A program made the position numbers and the translations under genes. Below, piece after piece: positions 53,543 to 64,000 of a stretch of DNA of 64,000 nucleotides. The DNA lies in the NCBI RefSeq assembly GCF_964204645.1, contig NC_134026.1, positions 20,742,150 to 20,806,149 on the forward strand, written 5' to 3'. Every line of letters starts with the position of its first letter. Position 1 is the stretch's first letter. The notes beneath the pieces are model-generated. The model worked only from the letters and a program-made list of their open reading frames with translations, had not been told where the DNA came from and searched no databases. Source of the DNA: Tubulanus polymorphus. Taxonomy: Eukaryota; Animalia; Nemertea.

Positions 53543-53688
53543 CAGAGCTGCCAACTGTTCCTGATTTTTAGTATTTGCTACTATTTTGTAATGAGAAATA
53601 CTGATTTAGTTAATTCACATTTTGATGAAATGTTACTGAAAAAAAGCTCAATTTGTTACTGAAAGCATCTCAGAGTTTGGCAGCCCTG
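53543..53688. mobile_element. hAT-like MITE with 6-bp TSD
   Basis: TAATCT|CAGAGCTGCCAAC...GTTTGGCAGCCCTG|TAATCT. Confidence 0.7.
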
Positions 53689-54330
53689 TAATCTGATAAA
53701 TATATGTAATAAAACCTATTGTTCTCATTTCAGTGTCCGATCAATGTTAGTTACACTGTAAGGAATAGACCTAGTAGCTGAATTGAACTGAACTGATCCA
53801 CAGTGAATGTTTGAGTCACCACTGATTTAGTCACCTACAGACACATGGTATGTGTATAGAGACAAATTCAATGAATCTGAAATACTTTGTTTCTTAGTTA
53901 TAAATCATTATCCATTTTGTTTTAATCTGTTAGGAGATGAACTGAACAAATCAACAGTTCAAATCCTGTATCAATAAGTGGTATGTATGAAGACAGAATT
54001 TTAACAACTTACTTCATAATTTCCTGCAATAGAATCTGATAAATCTGAATCTGTTGTTTTCATTTCAGTGTCAATCATAGCTGAATTGTCGAACCAAACT
54101 CCTGATTTTGTGTTTCGATTTCTGAAGAGGAATCTTACAAAGATAAATGTTATAGAATCTGATGTTTCCATTTCAGTGTCCAACATTATCATTAGTTGAA
54201 CTAAGGAGTTGAACCATGATCGCTGAATTGAACTGAACTCCTCAGTCCGTGGTTGAGTCACCTTCGGATATGAGTGGTATGTTGTATGCAGACAAATTCA
54301 ATTTCCGATTTTGGGTTTTATTTTCTGTAG

Positions 54331-54494
54331 GGGATCATTCATTTATTACGTACACATAAAATTTGAAATTTTCAACCCCCCTCCCCCTCTGTACGCAAAA
54401 TCGGCCTTTTTTCATATACATTTAGCATTACAGTACGCAATTGCACTGACCCCCTACCCCTCCCCTAATGCGTATGTAATAAATGAATGACCCC
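54331..54494. mobile_element. PIF/Harbinger-like MITE with 3-bp TAG TSD
   Basis: TAG|GGGATCATTCATTTATTAC...GTAATAAATGAATGACCCC|TAG. The paralogous empty site (TTCTGAAGAGGAATCTT at about 54120) supports the boundaries. Confidence 0.8.
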
Positions 54495-54671
54495 TAGAGG
54501 ATCTTTGAAAGATAAATGTTATAGAATCTGTTGTTTTCATTTCAGTGTCAGTCATTATTAGTTGAACTGTAAGGAGTGAAACCAATAGCTGATTTTAAGT
54601 GAGCTCCACGGTCAATGTTTGAGTTGTACCGGTATGTATTGCCAGCAGATAAAACAGCTGACATTAATAAT

Positions 54672-54982
54672 TACAGTGAACCCCAGATATACCACCCTCC
54701 CATTTACCGCCATCCCCGGCTACCGCCAGGTTTTCTCAATGTACATCTCTATACAAATACATAGGAAAACAACCCCGATATACCGCCATACTCTGATCTA
54801 TAGCGCCAAAATCGTGTGCACTGATGTGGGCGGTATATCGGGGGTTGACTGTTATAGTAACTTCACCTTACTCGGAAATGGCACAGAGACAAAAAAAGAT
54901 TTTTCTGACTCCCTAATGCATTTTCCTATTGTTATCCTAAACAATTTTGCTGGTTTGTGCGAGTAAGGCGAGGTCTACTGTA
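54672..54982. mobile_element. Two adjacent Tc1/mariner-type MITEs
   Basis: TA-CAGTGAACCCC...GGGGTTGACTG followed by TAGTAACTTCACCTTACTCG...CGAGTAAGGCGAGGTCTACTG-TA. Confidence 0.65.
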
Positions 54983-55734
54983 TTTTACCACAAAACAATA
55001 ATCATTGAATCTGTTATTTTCATTTCAGAGTTCGTCATTATTAGCTGAACTGGTAAATAATAAACGTACAAACTCCACTGGTTTAGTCACCTACAGACAC
55101 ATGGTATGTGTATAGAGACAAATTCAATGAATCTGAAATACTTTGTTTCTTAGTTATAAATGATTTTCCATTTTGTTTTAATCCGTTAGGAGATGAACTG
55201 AACAAATCAACAGTCTTATCCTCCATCAATAAGTGGTATGAAGACAGAATTTCAACAACTTATTTCATAATTTGCTGCAATTGAAATGAATGTTATGGAA
55301 TCTGTTGTTTTCATTTCAGTGTCAATCATTGTTTGTTGAACTGTAAAGAATGATTGAACCAAAAGCTTATTTGAAGCGAGTTCCACAGTCCATGGTCGCT
55401 TCAGCTACAAACATACAGTACGTGGTATGTGTGTATGGAGGCAATTTCAATAAATTTGAAACACTTATTTCATTACTATTATCAATAATTTTCCATTTTG
55501 TTATAATTTGTTTAGGAGATGACAAATTGCCAGAGATGACCATGGATCAGTCGACATGTATGTGTCAGGACAATATTTTGTTGGGTAGAGGAATCTAGAG
55601 AGGGATAAATCTTAAAGAATCTGTCATTTCTAATTTCAGTGTCCATCATGATGAGTTGACACGAATAATATCTGATTTGAACTGAACTCGGCAGTCATTC
55701 AACAGATGTGGAGCCTGTCACACATATAAGTTAT

Positions 55735-55765
55735 GTATATATATTATATATATATATATATATAT

Positions 55766-55804
<39 letters not shown>

Positions 55805-55805
55805 G
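55735..55805. repeat. (TA)n microsatellite
   Basis: Directly visible, slightly interrupted. Confidence 0.95.
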
Positions 55806-57526
55806 TATTTACCGCCAGCAGACAATTAAAACAACTTGCATCATTAATGATTTACTGGTTGTGAATGAACTTGAGAACAGTCGCTGCTCCTGCTCCTTAA
55901 TACCATCATTTATAGCCAGCTTTTGATAGAATCTTAACTTCTTGCACACACTTCTATCTCAAACCTAATTACCTTAATATATACTAATTCTTCCTTCTAA
56001 CTACTCGAGTCAAAAGACTGTGGTTATCATTGATAGAATTAAGGACATTATACTGACTAATTGTCATAATCTAAAAAAAAACCCAGAGTTCATTACTGCA
56101 TACTCTGCACACTCTTACAGTAAGTCCTTTTCAGAAATTGAATCAATTAATGATTCAATATCACCAACTTGTTATCTTCATTTCAGTGTCAGTCATTATT
56201 AGCTGATCTACAAATACTTGAACTCATGTTGTCTGCAGGCTACACTGATACATATCAGAGACAAGTTCAATCGATTTGAGACACTTATTCTAAGTGGTAT
56301 GTATTGAGATATATTGAGGGGTGCATCTAGTGAAATTGAAAAACTGATTGAAATTGATATGTCATTTTATGTATTTTCAGCTACAAATATCATGTCCCCA
56401 TTATTTCTACCACACTGACCAAAATGAATTCTTGAAAGAATCGCGTACAATTAAGAAAGATTCACACAAACATAAGGTAATTAGAATTTTATGAATGAAT
56501 GATTTATTTACGTATAATATGTATAAGGTTATAAACATAATTTCTTTAGATATACTTTCATAGATTAAGAGGTATGTTTATTGAAGATTTTAATCAGTAA
56601 ATTGGTGCTAATATTAGATGACAATAGTAGTTGATAAATTCATTATTGAAAGTGCTTAGATCTTAGAATCGTATTTATTAAAGGTGCCGCCGCACACCAG
56701 ATGGCACCATTTTACGGTCATTTTTACTACTAGACTGGTTGCCTGTGTAATAAGTACAATGCAATGAACTTTATTCACATCTAGTAACTGATACTAACCG
56801 CAATCATTTGTGGCACCCGTTTGAACAGTTTATCTGGGCCAAATTTGGCCGGACCAAAAACGTCAGACCAGGCCGAGCCACGGGACAAATGATTGCGTTT
56901 GAAATGCGACTTGTTCCTGAAACTGCTCACGCTTTCAGTTTGAACGTTGGTTTAGTATCGAGGTTTGCGTGTGAGCCAGTCGGGCTCGGGTCTGATCTGT
57001 GCTTGGTCTGGGCCACGTACGTGTGGTCGCAGTCAAAGCCTGCAGGCTGCATGATTCTGGCATAGCTTGTCGAATTCTTCATTCGCAACTGGCAACCATC
57101 TATATAGATAGCTATCGGAATCATCGCTTGCCATAGTTAGCAGTGCTGTCTCGTGTAATTAATAAGTGTTTATGTATTAATTGTAGGAATGCCTGGTGAT
57201 GTAGAGCTTGAAGTTCACAGAAGCTAAAACAGAGAAACCGACTCGGAATCTATATTGTGTATAAATAAATATATTTATTATTGTGTTGTGTTGTTTATTC
57301 AGTGGGATTTGTGGTGATTCAACCACTTGATCCTGCAAGTGTTTTTTGCCCATCCAAACCCCAAATCCATTTGCGTCGTTTTGAATGACTTAAGTTTCAA
57401 AGTGATACACAAATCTTAAGGAAATCTAAAGACTAGTACCGGTAATAAGATTTATTGATCACTTTTTAAACTTCCGACAAGAAGATAAAGAAAAGACTGT
57501 ACTTTAACGACTGTTCAACTGGGCCA

Positions 57527-58380
57527 GTCTTGAATCCATTCAGTCATGACTGTGCACCTTTGCCAAGGTCTTTAACTCTATTAGATATCAGTTGCAGCTA
57601 CCTCTTGACGAATGATCTAACCATCCTAACATGATAAATACTAATCATACACTGCTTAATTCTCTATCACCAATTTCACAAGTCAAAAGGTAGTTGTCAT
57701 TGATAAAATAGATATAATCACTGCGAAACAATTGTAATTGCATGTAATTTGAAATTTGATGCATTATGATTGATGTCCACTCTGAGTGTTTACTTTCATC
57801 ATCAGCAACTTGCAATTCGTCTTGGTCGGTTGGTCAAAGGTTGCGTCACTATGTCAGATCCACAGAGACTAAAAGTGATACAATGTATAAATCTTATTAC
57901 CGAAGTTCAGACAAGTCTTTAAATGTTGCTAATTTGTTAGATTGGCTATAGAACTAACATGGTCTTAGACTGAAGTCTAAACCATGACTATGGAACTAGG
58001 CCCTGGTCTTGCGACTTCAGACTGCTTGTCTTGAATCCATTCGGTCATGGCTGTGCCCCAATCCAAGGTCTTTTAACTCCATTAAATATCGGTTGCAGTT
58101 ACCTCTTGACGAAATCTAACCTTATCTTCTTACCCCCTAATACCTCCATACTGTATACCTTCGCGGGTGGTTTATATCTTATTGCAAATACAATTACATG
58201 TAATTTGAGACTTGACTCAATGATGATACTTTATGCCACTCTTCGAGTATGTACTTTCATCATCGGCAATTTGATATTTGTCTGGGTTAGTTGATCAAAA
58301 GGATGCTTCAATCAGCGGATAAGTATCATTGTAAAACAAACTACCGGTATTAGTTGTCACTAGTATGTCAAATCCACTAG
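57527..58380. repeat. Diverged ~500-bp direct tandem duplication
   Basis: GTCTTGAATCCATTC.GTCATG.CTGTGC...GTTGCAG.TACCTCTTGACGAA at about 57527 and 58028, with further matches between ~57730-57870 and ~58185-58380. Confidence 0.7.
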
Positions 58381-58777
58381 TTAATTCTAACTACCTATGA
58401 GCAACTGATCCGTGGTTAAAGATAATTTTCGCACCATTTGACCCTACCTCGTGACCCGTTGTAGTGTAGGCCTATACTCGTCTAGGCCACAATACCATAA
58501 AGGTTCATGCGATGTAGGGTTGGATAATGCGTGCTGCGAATCAAGATGCACTGAAACATATCTAACTGTGCATCAAATCAGAACTGATATTCTTTTACCA
58601 ATAAATACATTTATCGTCGTGTTGCCTTGTTTATTGCGGTGATTCAACTATCATCTTCCACACAATATTTCAACGAAACCCATCCAAACTTGCGATTGTC
58701 GTGTTCAATCTCGGTATATCGCGTTTGGACGAATTTTCTCCTTAAAACGTAAGTCGTAACTCGTGCGTCGTAAAACG

Positions 58778-59104
58778 CATCCTCCCGGCAGGGATTCGAA
58801 CCTGATGGCATCAAGATTGCCACGGCACGAAATCCTGCCATATAATCGACCGTGTGCGCATATACATGCGCAGTTCAGATGATGTGATTTTTAGCCAATC
58901 AGAAATCCCGTTTTATTTTAGCCCGGGTTTTCCCATTTATAGTTCTTCCTTGAAATTTGCCTCAACGATTTTACAACGAGCAATCTGATTGGTGCCGCCA
59001 GTTTTCGTTCGGAAAGCTGCGCACCCGGTCTACTGATGCAGGGGTTCGTGCCGTGGTTGAGTGTAGCGATGCCATCAGGTTCGAGTCCCTGCAGAGGGAG
59101 GATG
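58778..59104. mobile_element. TIR element with CATCCTCCC...GGGAGGATG termini and tRNA-like (A/B box) terminal repeats
   Basis: Imperfect TIRs of about 80 bp. CGTAAAACG flanks both sides (9-bp TSD, or 5-bp TAAAA if CG belongs to the TIR). A second copy lies at about 46035-46331. Confidence 0.75.
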
Positions 59105-59189
59105 CGTAAAACGTAAGTCGTATATCGTACTCTTATATCGTAAAACGTAACTCGTAAAACGTAATTCGTATGGCCCAAGGTATTCCATA

Positions 59190-59885
59190 CAGATGAAACG
59201 ACATAACGAATTACGTTTTACGAATTGTGTTTTCCTTTTACTTATTGGCTATTGCTACAAGAGTTTTTCGGAAAAACACTGGCTTTGCAATGAAGTCGAA
59301 TCATGACGAAGAATGAATCTGACTGAATTTATTTTGCATTTCGAAATATATACATACATGTATATCAATCGTCAAATTGAGGGAGTTGCGTATGCATTCT
59401 ATACTACAATATAGAGTAATAATGAGACCAAGGAAGTCAAGTGACTTATGATAATTTCAAATGATTAATAGTATATTGTAGATTCAGCCAGCATACGTCC
59501 AGATTGATTAATTAATAAATTACATACGCTGACACTGTCCTGTTTGGCAAGGGCACGATGATTTAGACGATACAAAACTGCAAATTATTCGGGGTTCATG
59601 GAGATAAAAAGGAATTGAAGTCTAGCTTTTAATGATGAAAATTTATATTTGAAAGCAAAGCTTTTTGGCTGCAATGTCATCCGGGCATCATATCATTATT
59701 AGTTGAGGAAGCATTCGGCAAAAAATTACAACCGATCACACTACAGTGCTGCCTTTTGCCTGCTACCCAAAGTTATTCACGACACGGAGAGTGCACCACA
59801 ACCTTGACCTCGTGATAAATTGAACCGAAATGTGAGTCGGAAAACGTAATTCGTACAACGTAATTCGTAATGTCGTTTCAGGGCT
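59190..59885. mobile_element. TIR element with ACGAATTACG-type subterminal repeats
   Basis: TGAAACGACATAACGAATTACGTTTTACGAATT (~59194) vs AATTCGTACAACGTAATTCGTAATGTCGTTTCA (~59848-59880). Confidence 0.55.
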
Positions 59886-60292
59886 TCCATATCTATTGCC
59901 ATGATTTGCTCCATCGGTGGGCCATTGTCTGGCCCAAAACTAGTTCCGTGTTGGTTATGGCAGTAGGTGGGTTGCGATGGTCCCGACGATGGTAAACTAC
60001 GTATGCTAACGTCGGACTTGAATCCAATTTCGCCGAATAACGTTGACACACGTCATTGTTTGGTTAGCGTGCTATGTAGCGAACATCTGGCACTTCTACG
60101 TCCCAACTTATCGATTAATAATTAAAACAGCGCTTTATTATGTAAATTAGAGACGTTTTCTTCAGATATATATTCAAATACTTATCAAAACGCTTTCAGT
60201 TGAAAATAAAATGCCACTTGATCGCGTTTAAACGTCGTTTCTTTAGTTTCGTTTTGTTTACATTTTCACCGAAACCGCTACACCACACACAA

Positions 60293-60301
60293 CCCGGAAG
60301 T
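60293..60301 (+). promoter_or_regulatory. ETS/GABP-type motif CCGGAAGT immediately upstream of the SELENOS start codon
   Basis: CCCGGAAGT lies about 9 nt before the ATG at 60310, in a CpG-rich segment typical of housekeeping promoters. Confidence 0.45.
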
Positions 60302-60309
60302 AAAATCAC

Positions 60310-62630
60310 ATGGCAGATTTCGCTGACGCTTTCGACCATAGAGAGTTGGAAGACGAAGTAAACATGGATCGTCAAGAAGTGCCGGACGCAGAAGTTCACG
60401 TCGAACCCGACGACGTGGGATTCGACGCCCAACAGCATCAGGATGTCAATGTTAATCTTGATTGGTATTCCACAGGTTAGCATGAAGAAAGAAGAGAGTA
60501 AATCATTAAAAAGAAGGCTAAGAAAGTGGAAATCAATTTATATTTGCCGACGCGGCAGTATAAAAACGTTGACACCACCCTCTATGTGTTACAAGATATT
60601 GATTTTCATAAAAATATCAATATCAATTAGGTTTAAGGTTAGGGTACATAGGGTAAGCACAGGGGCTGTTATCAGAGTTGTAGGTAATGTAAAAACGATA
60701 ATCTGTTAATCCAATGTACAGTATATATAAAATAACAAGGGGGCTAACGACGCTCACTAACTACTCAACTTCAGTCGCTTACTATTTCGTTATTTCTCAT
60801 CCGATTTTGATAATCCAGGCATGATATGAAAGCTAATAGCTTCCTGCTTCTAACAAAACTAATCTCGTCAACTTCCAATGAATAGTTTGTGAATTATATG
60901 TCTTTCAACCGAAATTAGGGCCGAAATCGCCTGGACTGAAAATGCTATGACGCCGGTTTTTGCCGATTTCGAAATTTAAAATGTTGAAATCGACACGAAA
61001 TCCTTCACCGATTTTGATGATCGAGGGCTTCAAATGCGCAAAACATTCTACATTTTCTGGATATTGTGGTTGTCTCGTTAATCCATACGATCCAGCTTTG
61101 CAAACGCGAATTTTCCGATTTTACGTCAATTCACGCACTCGACACGCAATCTCAAGATATACTACATACATTGGATTAACAGATTATCGTTTTTACATTA
61201 CCTACAATTCTGATACGAGCTGCTGTGAGGGTAAGGGTTAGGTTGAGAAAAGGGTTAGGTTTCATTTGTTATGGGCAGGAATGATTAGTAGGTAGGGCAA
61301 GTAGCACTTTAGGCCTACCACAGGCACTTGAATACTGGCTAAGATGATGGATAAATATTAAATTATTCACCGGCAATATGTTATTCCTACTTTGATAATC
61401 TACCCAGAATTTACGCGCCCGTCGTTTAACTATACTAAGCCTATACAGAAAGGCAGGAAACACTCCTATCTCTGTAATGCCTTAATCTACCTGCAAATAT
61501 CGGGACTGCCGAACTCTGCCGACGATTGTCAAAGTTCATTCCGAGGTGTCCTTTTCAATCCTGAAATATAAGGAGCGCCCATAACTTCAATTGTGGACAA
61601 TTTTTGGAAAACATTGACACTGTTTTAGCATTGGAACATTAAGGCAAAATTATCATCCATTTCCTACTTTCACAATAAGCTCTTACCTATTCAGTGCAGA
61701 ATTTGTCATTTAGCCTACGTTGAATTGATTTCAGCCGTGATACTCATTAAGTCATATGGTTGGTATATCGTTTTGGCCGTTGTTGCTGTCGCTTTCCTAA
61801 AGAATAGATATGAGCACAAATTCAGGAATCTCATGTTTTGGAAGAGGAAAAAGAAGAACGAAGGACTGCAATATGGTAAATTTAAAGAAAATCCCTTAGA
61901 CTTGTCAGAAGTCATCTGTTATCATTAGATTGCTATTATTCTTGAAATGAGCTACACGTTTAAACACAAGAATTGGATCTATCCCACAACTGTAGAACTT
62001 GTTTGACATAGCCTACTTAGAACCTGCGTTGTCCTTGCTGGTGTGTGGGCATCCAGGCTTGCTTGATGAAGTCAAGAGTCTTCGGTCTGCTAGTTTCACA
62101 TGTCGTCAGTCTTTTTATTTCCATTTCATTGACCATGGAATACCTCCACGTTTCTCTGGGCCATCCCCTATTTATTTGGGTTGACTAGTTGAGAGTGGTA
62201 TTAGGACGAGCATTAGAGGGCATCCTGAGTAAGCTTACATGTTCTGGCCAGTTCCACTCTAAAAAACTTCGGAAGATGATATTTTCTAATTAAATGTATA
62301 GAATAGTCCTGAGTTCAGTTGCTGAAAATGTGGTTAGATATAACTGTTGGATACACACCATGATTAAAATGCGTTAACAATTTTCACTATGGCATTTACA
62401 TACCTTACAGATAACTCTCCAACCAACATTTCTGCAACTGGCTCATATTGAAGCACACCGAATATACAGCCTGATACTTTGTCGGTAAATTTGCCTCGAG
62501 TTGTATAATCATTTTCGATGTAGATGCGGACACCGCCCTAAAACGCCAGGAAGCTATGGAGAACACACGCCGAAGGTGGCAAGAACAACACGATGCCCAA
62601 GCGGCAAGATTTGCTGAAGAACAACGTAAA
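60310..62630 (+). CDS. SELENOS: Selenoprotein S (VIMP), first three coding exons; the remainder, including any Sec codon and SECIS, lies beyond the window
   Basis: Exons 60310-60475, 61714 (or 61735)-61875 and 62524-62630 are in compatible phases. The TM segment SYGWYIVLAVVAVAFL is followed by the coiled coil DADTALKRQEAMENTRRRWQEQHDAQAARFAEEQRK, matching the SelS pattern YGWYI...KRQEAL..AR.KMQEE..AQ. Confidence 0.85.
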
Positions 62631-63142
62631 GTAAGCAAAATAGTCTCATTTTCAGCCCACTTGGGACATAAGTCCCAGCGGGCTATTGCGTTCACTTTTT
62701 ATTTGTTGTCTGTCCATCCGGAATTCATTTATGTTATTTTAGGAAGATTTGAAGATGCTTCAATGGATAATCTTGATATTTGGTTTGTTCCTACCTGATT
62801 GCTTGGTGCTTCTTGACCACCCGTCCTTGGTCAGGTCAATATTTCAATCATATAGGTTCCACTTAGGTATAAATTTTCCAAAATTTATCAAAAAAATTTG
62901 ACAATGAATCAATAGTTTACTACAGTTTTTCCTTAATTAAATCTCAGTGCTTTGCAAGAAATCTTGCGACAAAACAAAATATTACTGGCCCTGACGAGCA
63001 TTATATCCATTAATTGCAAACAGTAGCCAAAGATTGTCATACTGTAACCGAATGATTTTTTAACTGGGTCAAAATACCCAGTAAAGTTTACTTTGGCAGT
63101 CCACCAAACAGCTTTTGAACGCTTAAATTCGTAGAATTTCAA

Positions 63143-64000
63143 TTTTTAGCCCACTTAGGACTTTAGTCCCAGCGGGCTATTGCGTCCACTTTTCGTCCGT
63201 CCGTTCGTCCGTCCGTCCGTCCGTAGCCGGAATCCAGTTATTTTGGGAAGTTTTGAAGACGCTTCAAGGTAATGTCTTGATATTTGGTTTATACATGTAT
63301 CTACCCTAGACACATCTTCAGCCCAAAAACTGGCCCTATCAGAATCAAGATGGCCGACTGGCAGCCATTGTTGTTCGCCAAAATCAGCACTTTTTACACA
63401 TTTTCGAAGTTTACGAGGGAAATTTTGAAGACGATATGATCAATTACCTTGATCTTTCGAATATATTTGAATCTACCAAGGGCCCATCAGCATAAGAAAC
63501 ATTTGGTCCATCTGACTCAAGATGGCCGTCCTATGACCTTTTTAGTGCCCAAAAATGTCAATTTTGGCTTCCTACTGGTTTGCCATTTCTCATTGCAATT
63601 TGTGATGGGTATTCTTTGTAAAGGGATGTTTTATACCTGAGATAGGTATATTTGATCCGCCAATGATGACGCAATTGGCGGCCATCTTGGTGTCATTAGT
63701 ACTCATTCGTAGGTGGGAAAAAGTTTTTCGACATTATATTGTTACCTAAGCATATTTTGTTATTTTGTTACAACAATGAATTAGAAAGTTGTAGCGTATA
63801 ACGTGTTCTATGATTGGGGTGAGTTTCAAGTTCATTGTTTTTTGTATATGGCCACCAGGGGGCGTTGAATAATACAATATCTTAGTATTTCTATATTATA
63901 TTTGTACCAATACATATTTTGTTACCCCAATCAATTGCAAAGTTGTAGCTCATGACATCATCTATGATTGTGGTGAGTTTTAAGGAAATTAGTTATTCTA
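63143..64000 (+). mobile_element. Helentron-associated non-autonomous element (HINE/DINE-1-like) in a SELENOS intron; shorter copy at ~62649-62800
   Basis: Starts in a T-run, TTTTTAGCCCACTTAGGAC...GTCCCAGCGGGCT (short hairpin), followed by a (GTCC)n microsatellite and repeated CAAGATGGCCG blocks, which is the usual HINE layout. Confidence 0.65.

Larger units (their letters stand above)
51840..57300 (+). ncRNA. Putative multi-exon long non-coding RNA (or decayed micro-exon gene) built from tandemly repeated exon+intron units
   Basis: About 24 segments of 42-114 nt, each bounded by TTTCAG/TTAG and GTATGT/GTAAGT. The terminal exon starts at 57187, with AATAAA at 57264 and a GT-rich tract downstream. 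The exons I translated have stops in all three frames. Confidence 0.5.

Noticed and set aside
51840-57300. Coding micro-exon/mucin gene or Sec read-through protein; also a C/D snoRNA host
   Set aside because: The exons tested contain TAA/TAG as well as TGA stops and have non-3n lengths. Introns have CTGA but no consistent RTGATGA C box, and most are very short. The minus-strand ORFs (MIDTEMKTTDSDL...) are just the reverse complement of the repeated acceptor.

Overview
AT-rich, intron-containing eukaryotic DNA. It is probably from a lophotrochozoan-type invertebrate, inferred from the gene and repeat style. Five protein-coding loci can be assembled by hand from GT-AG exons: (1) a 5'-truncated KNDC1/very-KIND gene (KIND-KIND...REM-RasGEF, + strand, 1444-17066); (2,3) two tandem paralogous 5-exon genes for small secreted vWA + vWC-like proteins (- strand, 19380-22200 and 23317-25839); (4) WDR6 (- strand, 26622-36205); (5) the first three coding exons of selenoprotein S (+ strand, from 60310). 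I found no convincing protein-coding gene between WDR6 and SELENOS (about 24 kb). That interval holds nested LINE remnants, TIR elements, MITEs, minisatellites, a broken ~1-kb inverted duplication and the most unusual feature of the window. This feature is a ~5.4-kb + strand array (51840-57300) of about 24 short repeat-derived exon-like units. They have nearly intact GTATGT donors, TTTCAG/TTAG acceptors and a terminal AATAAA, and the units I translated have no open reading frame, so it is a candidate multi-exon non-coding transcript with end-paired short introns. Other notable points are a Spire-like WH2 exon inside KNDC1 and a TIR element whose termini look tRNA-Ser-derived. All coordinates and alignments were read by eye; no searches were run.
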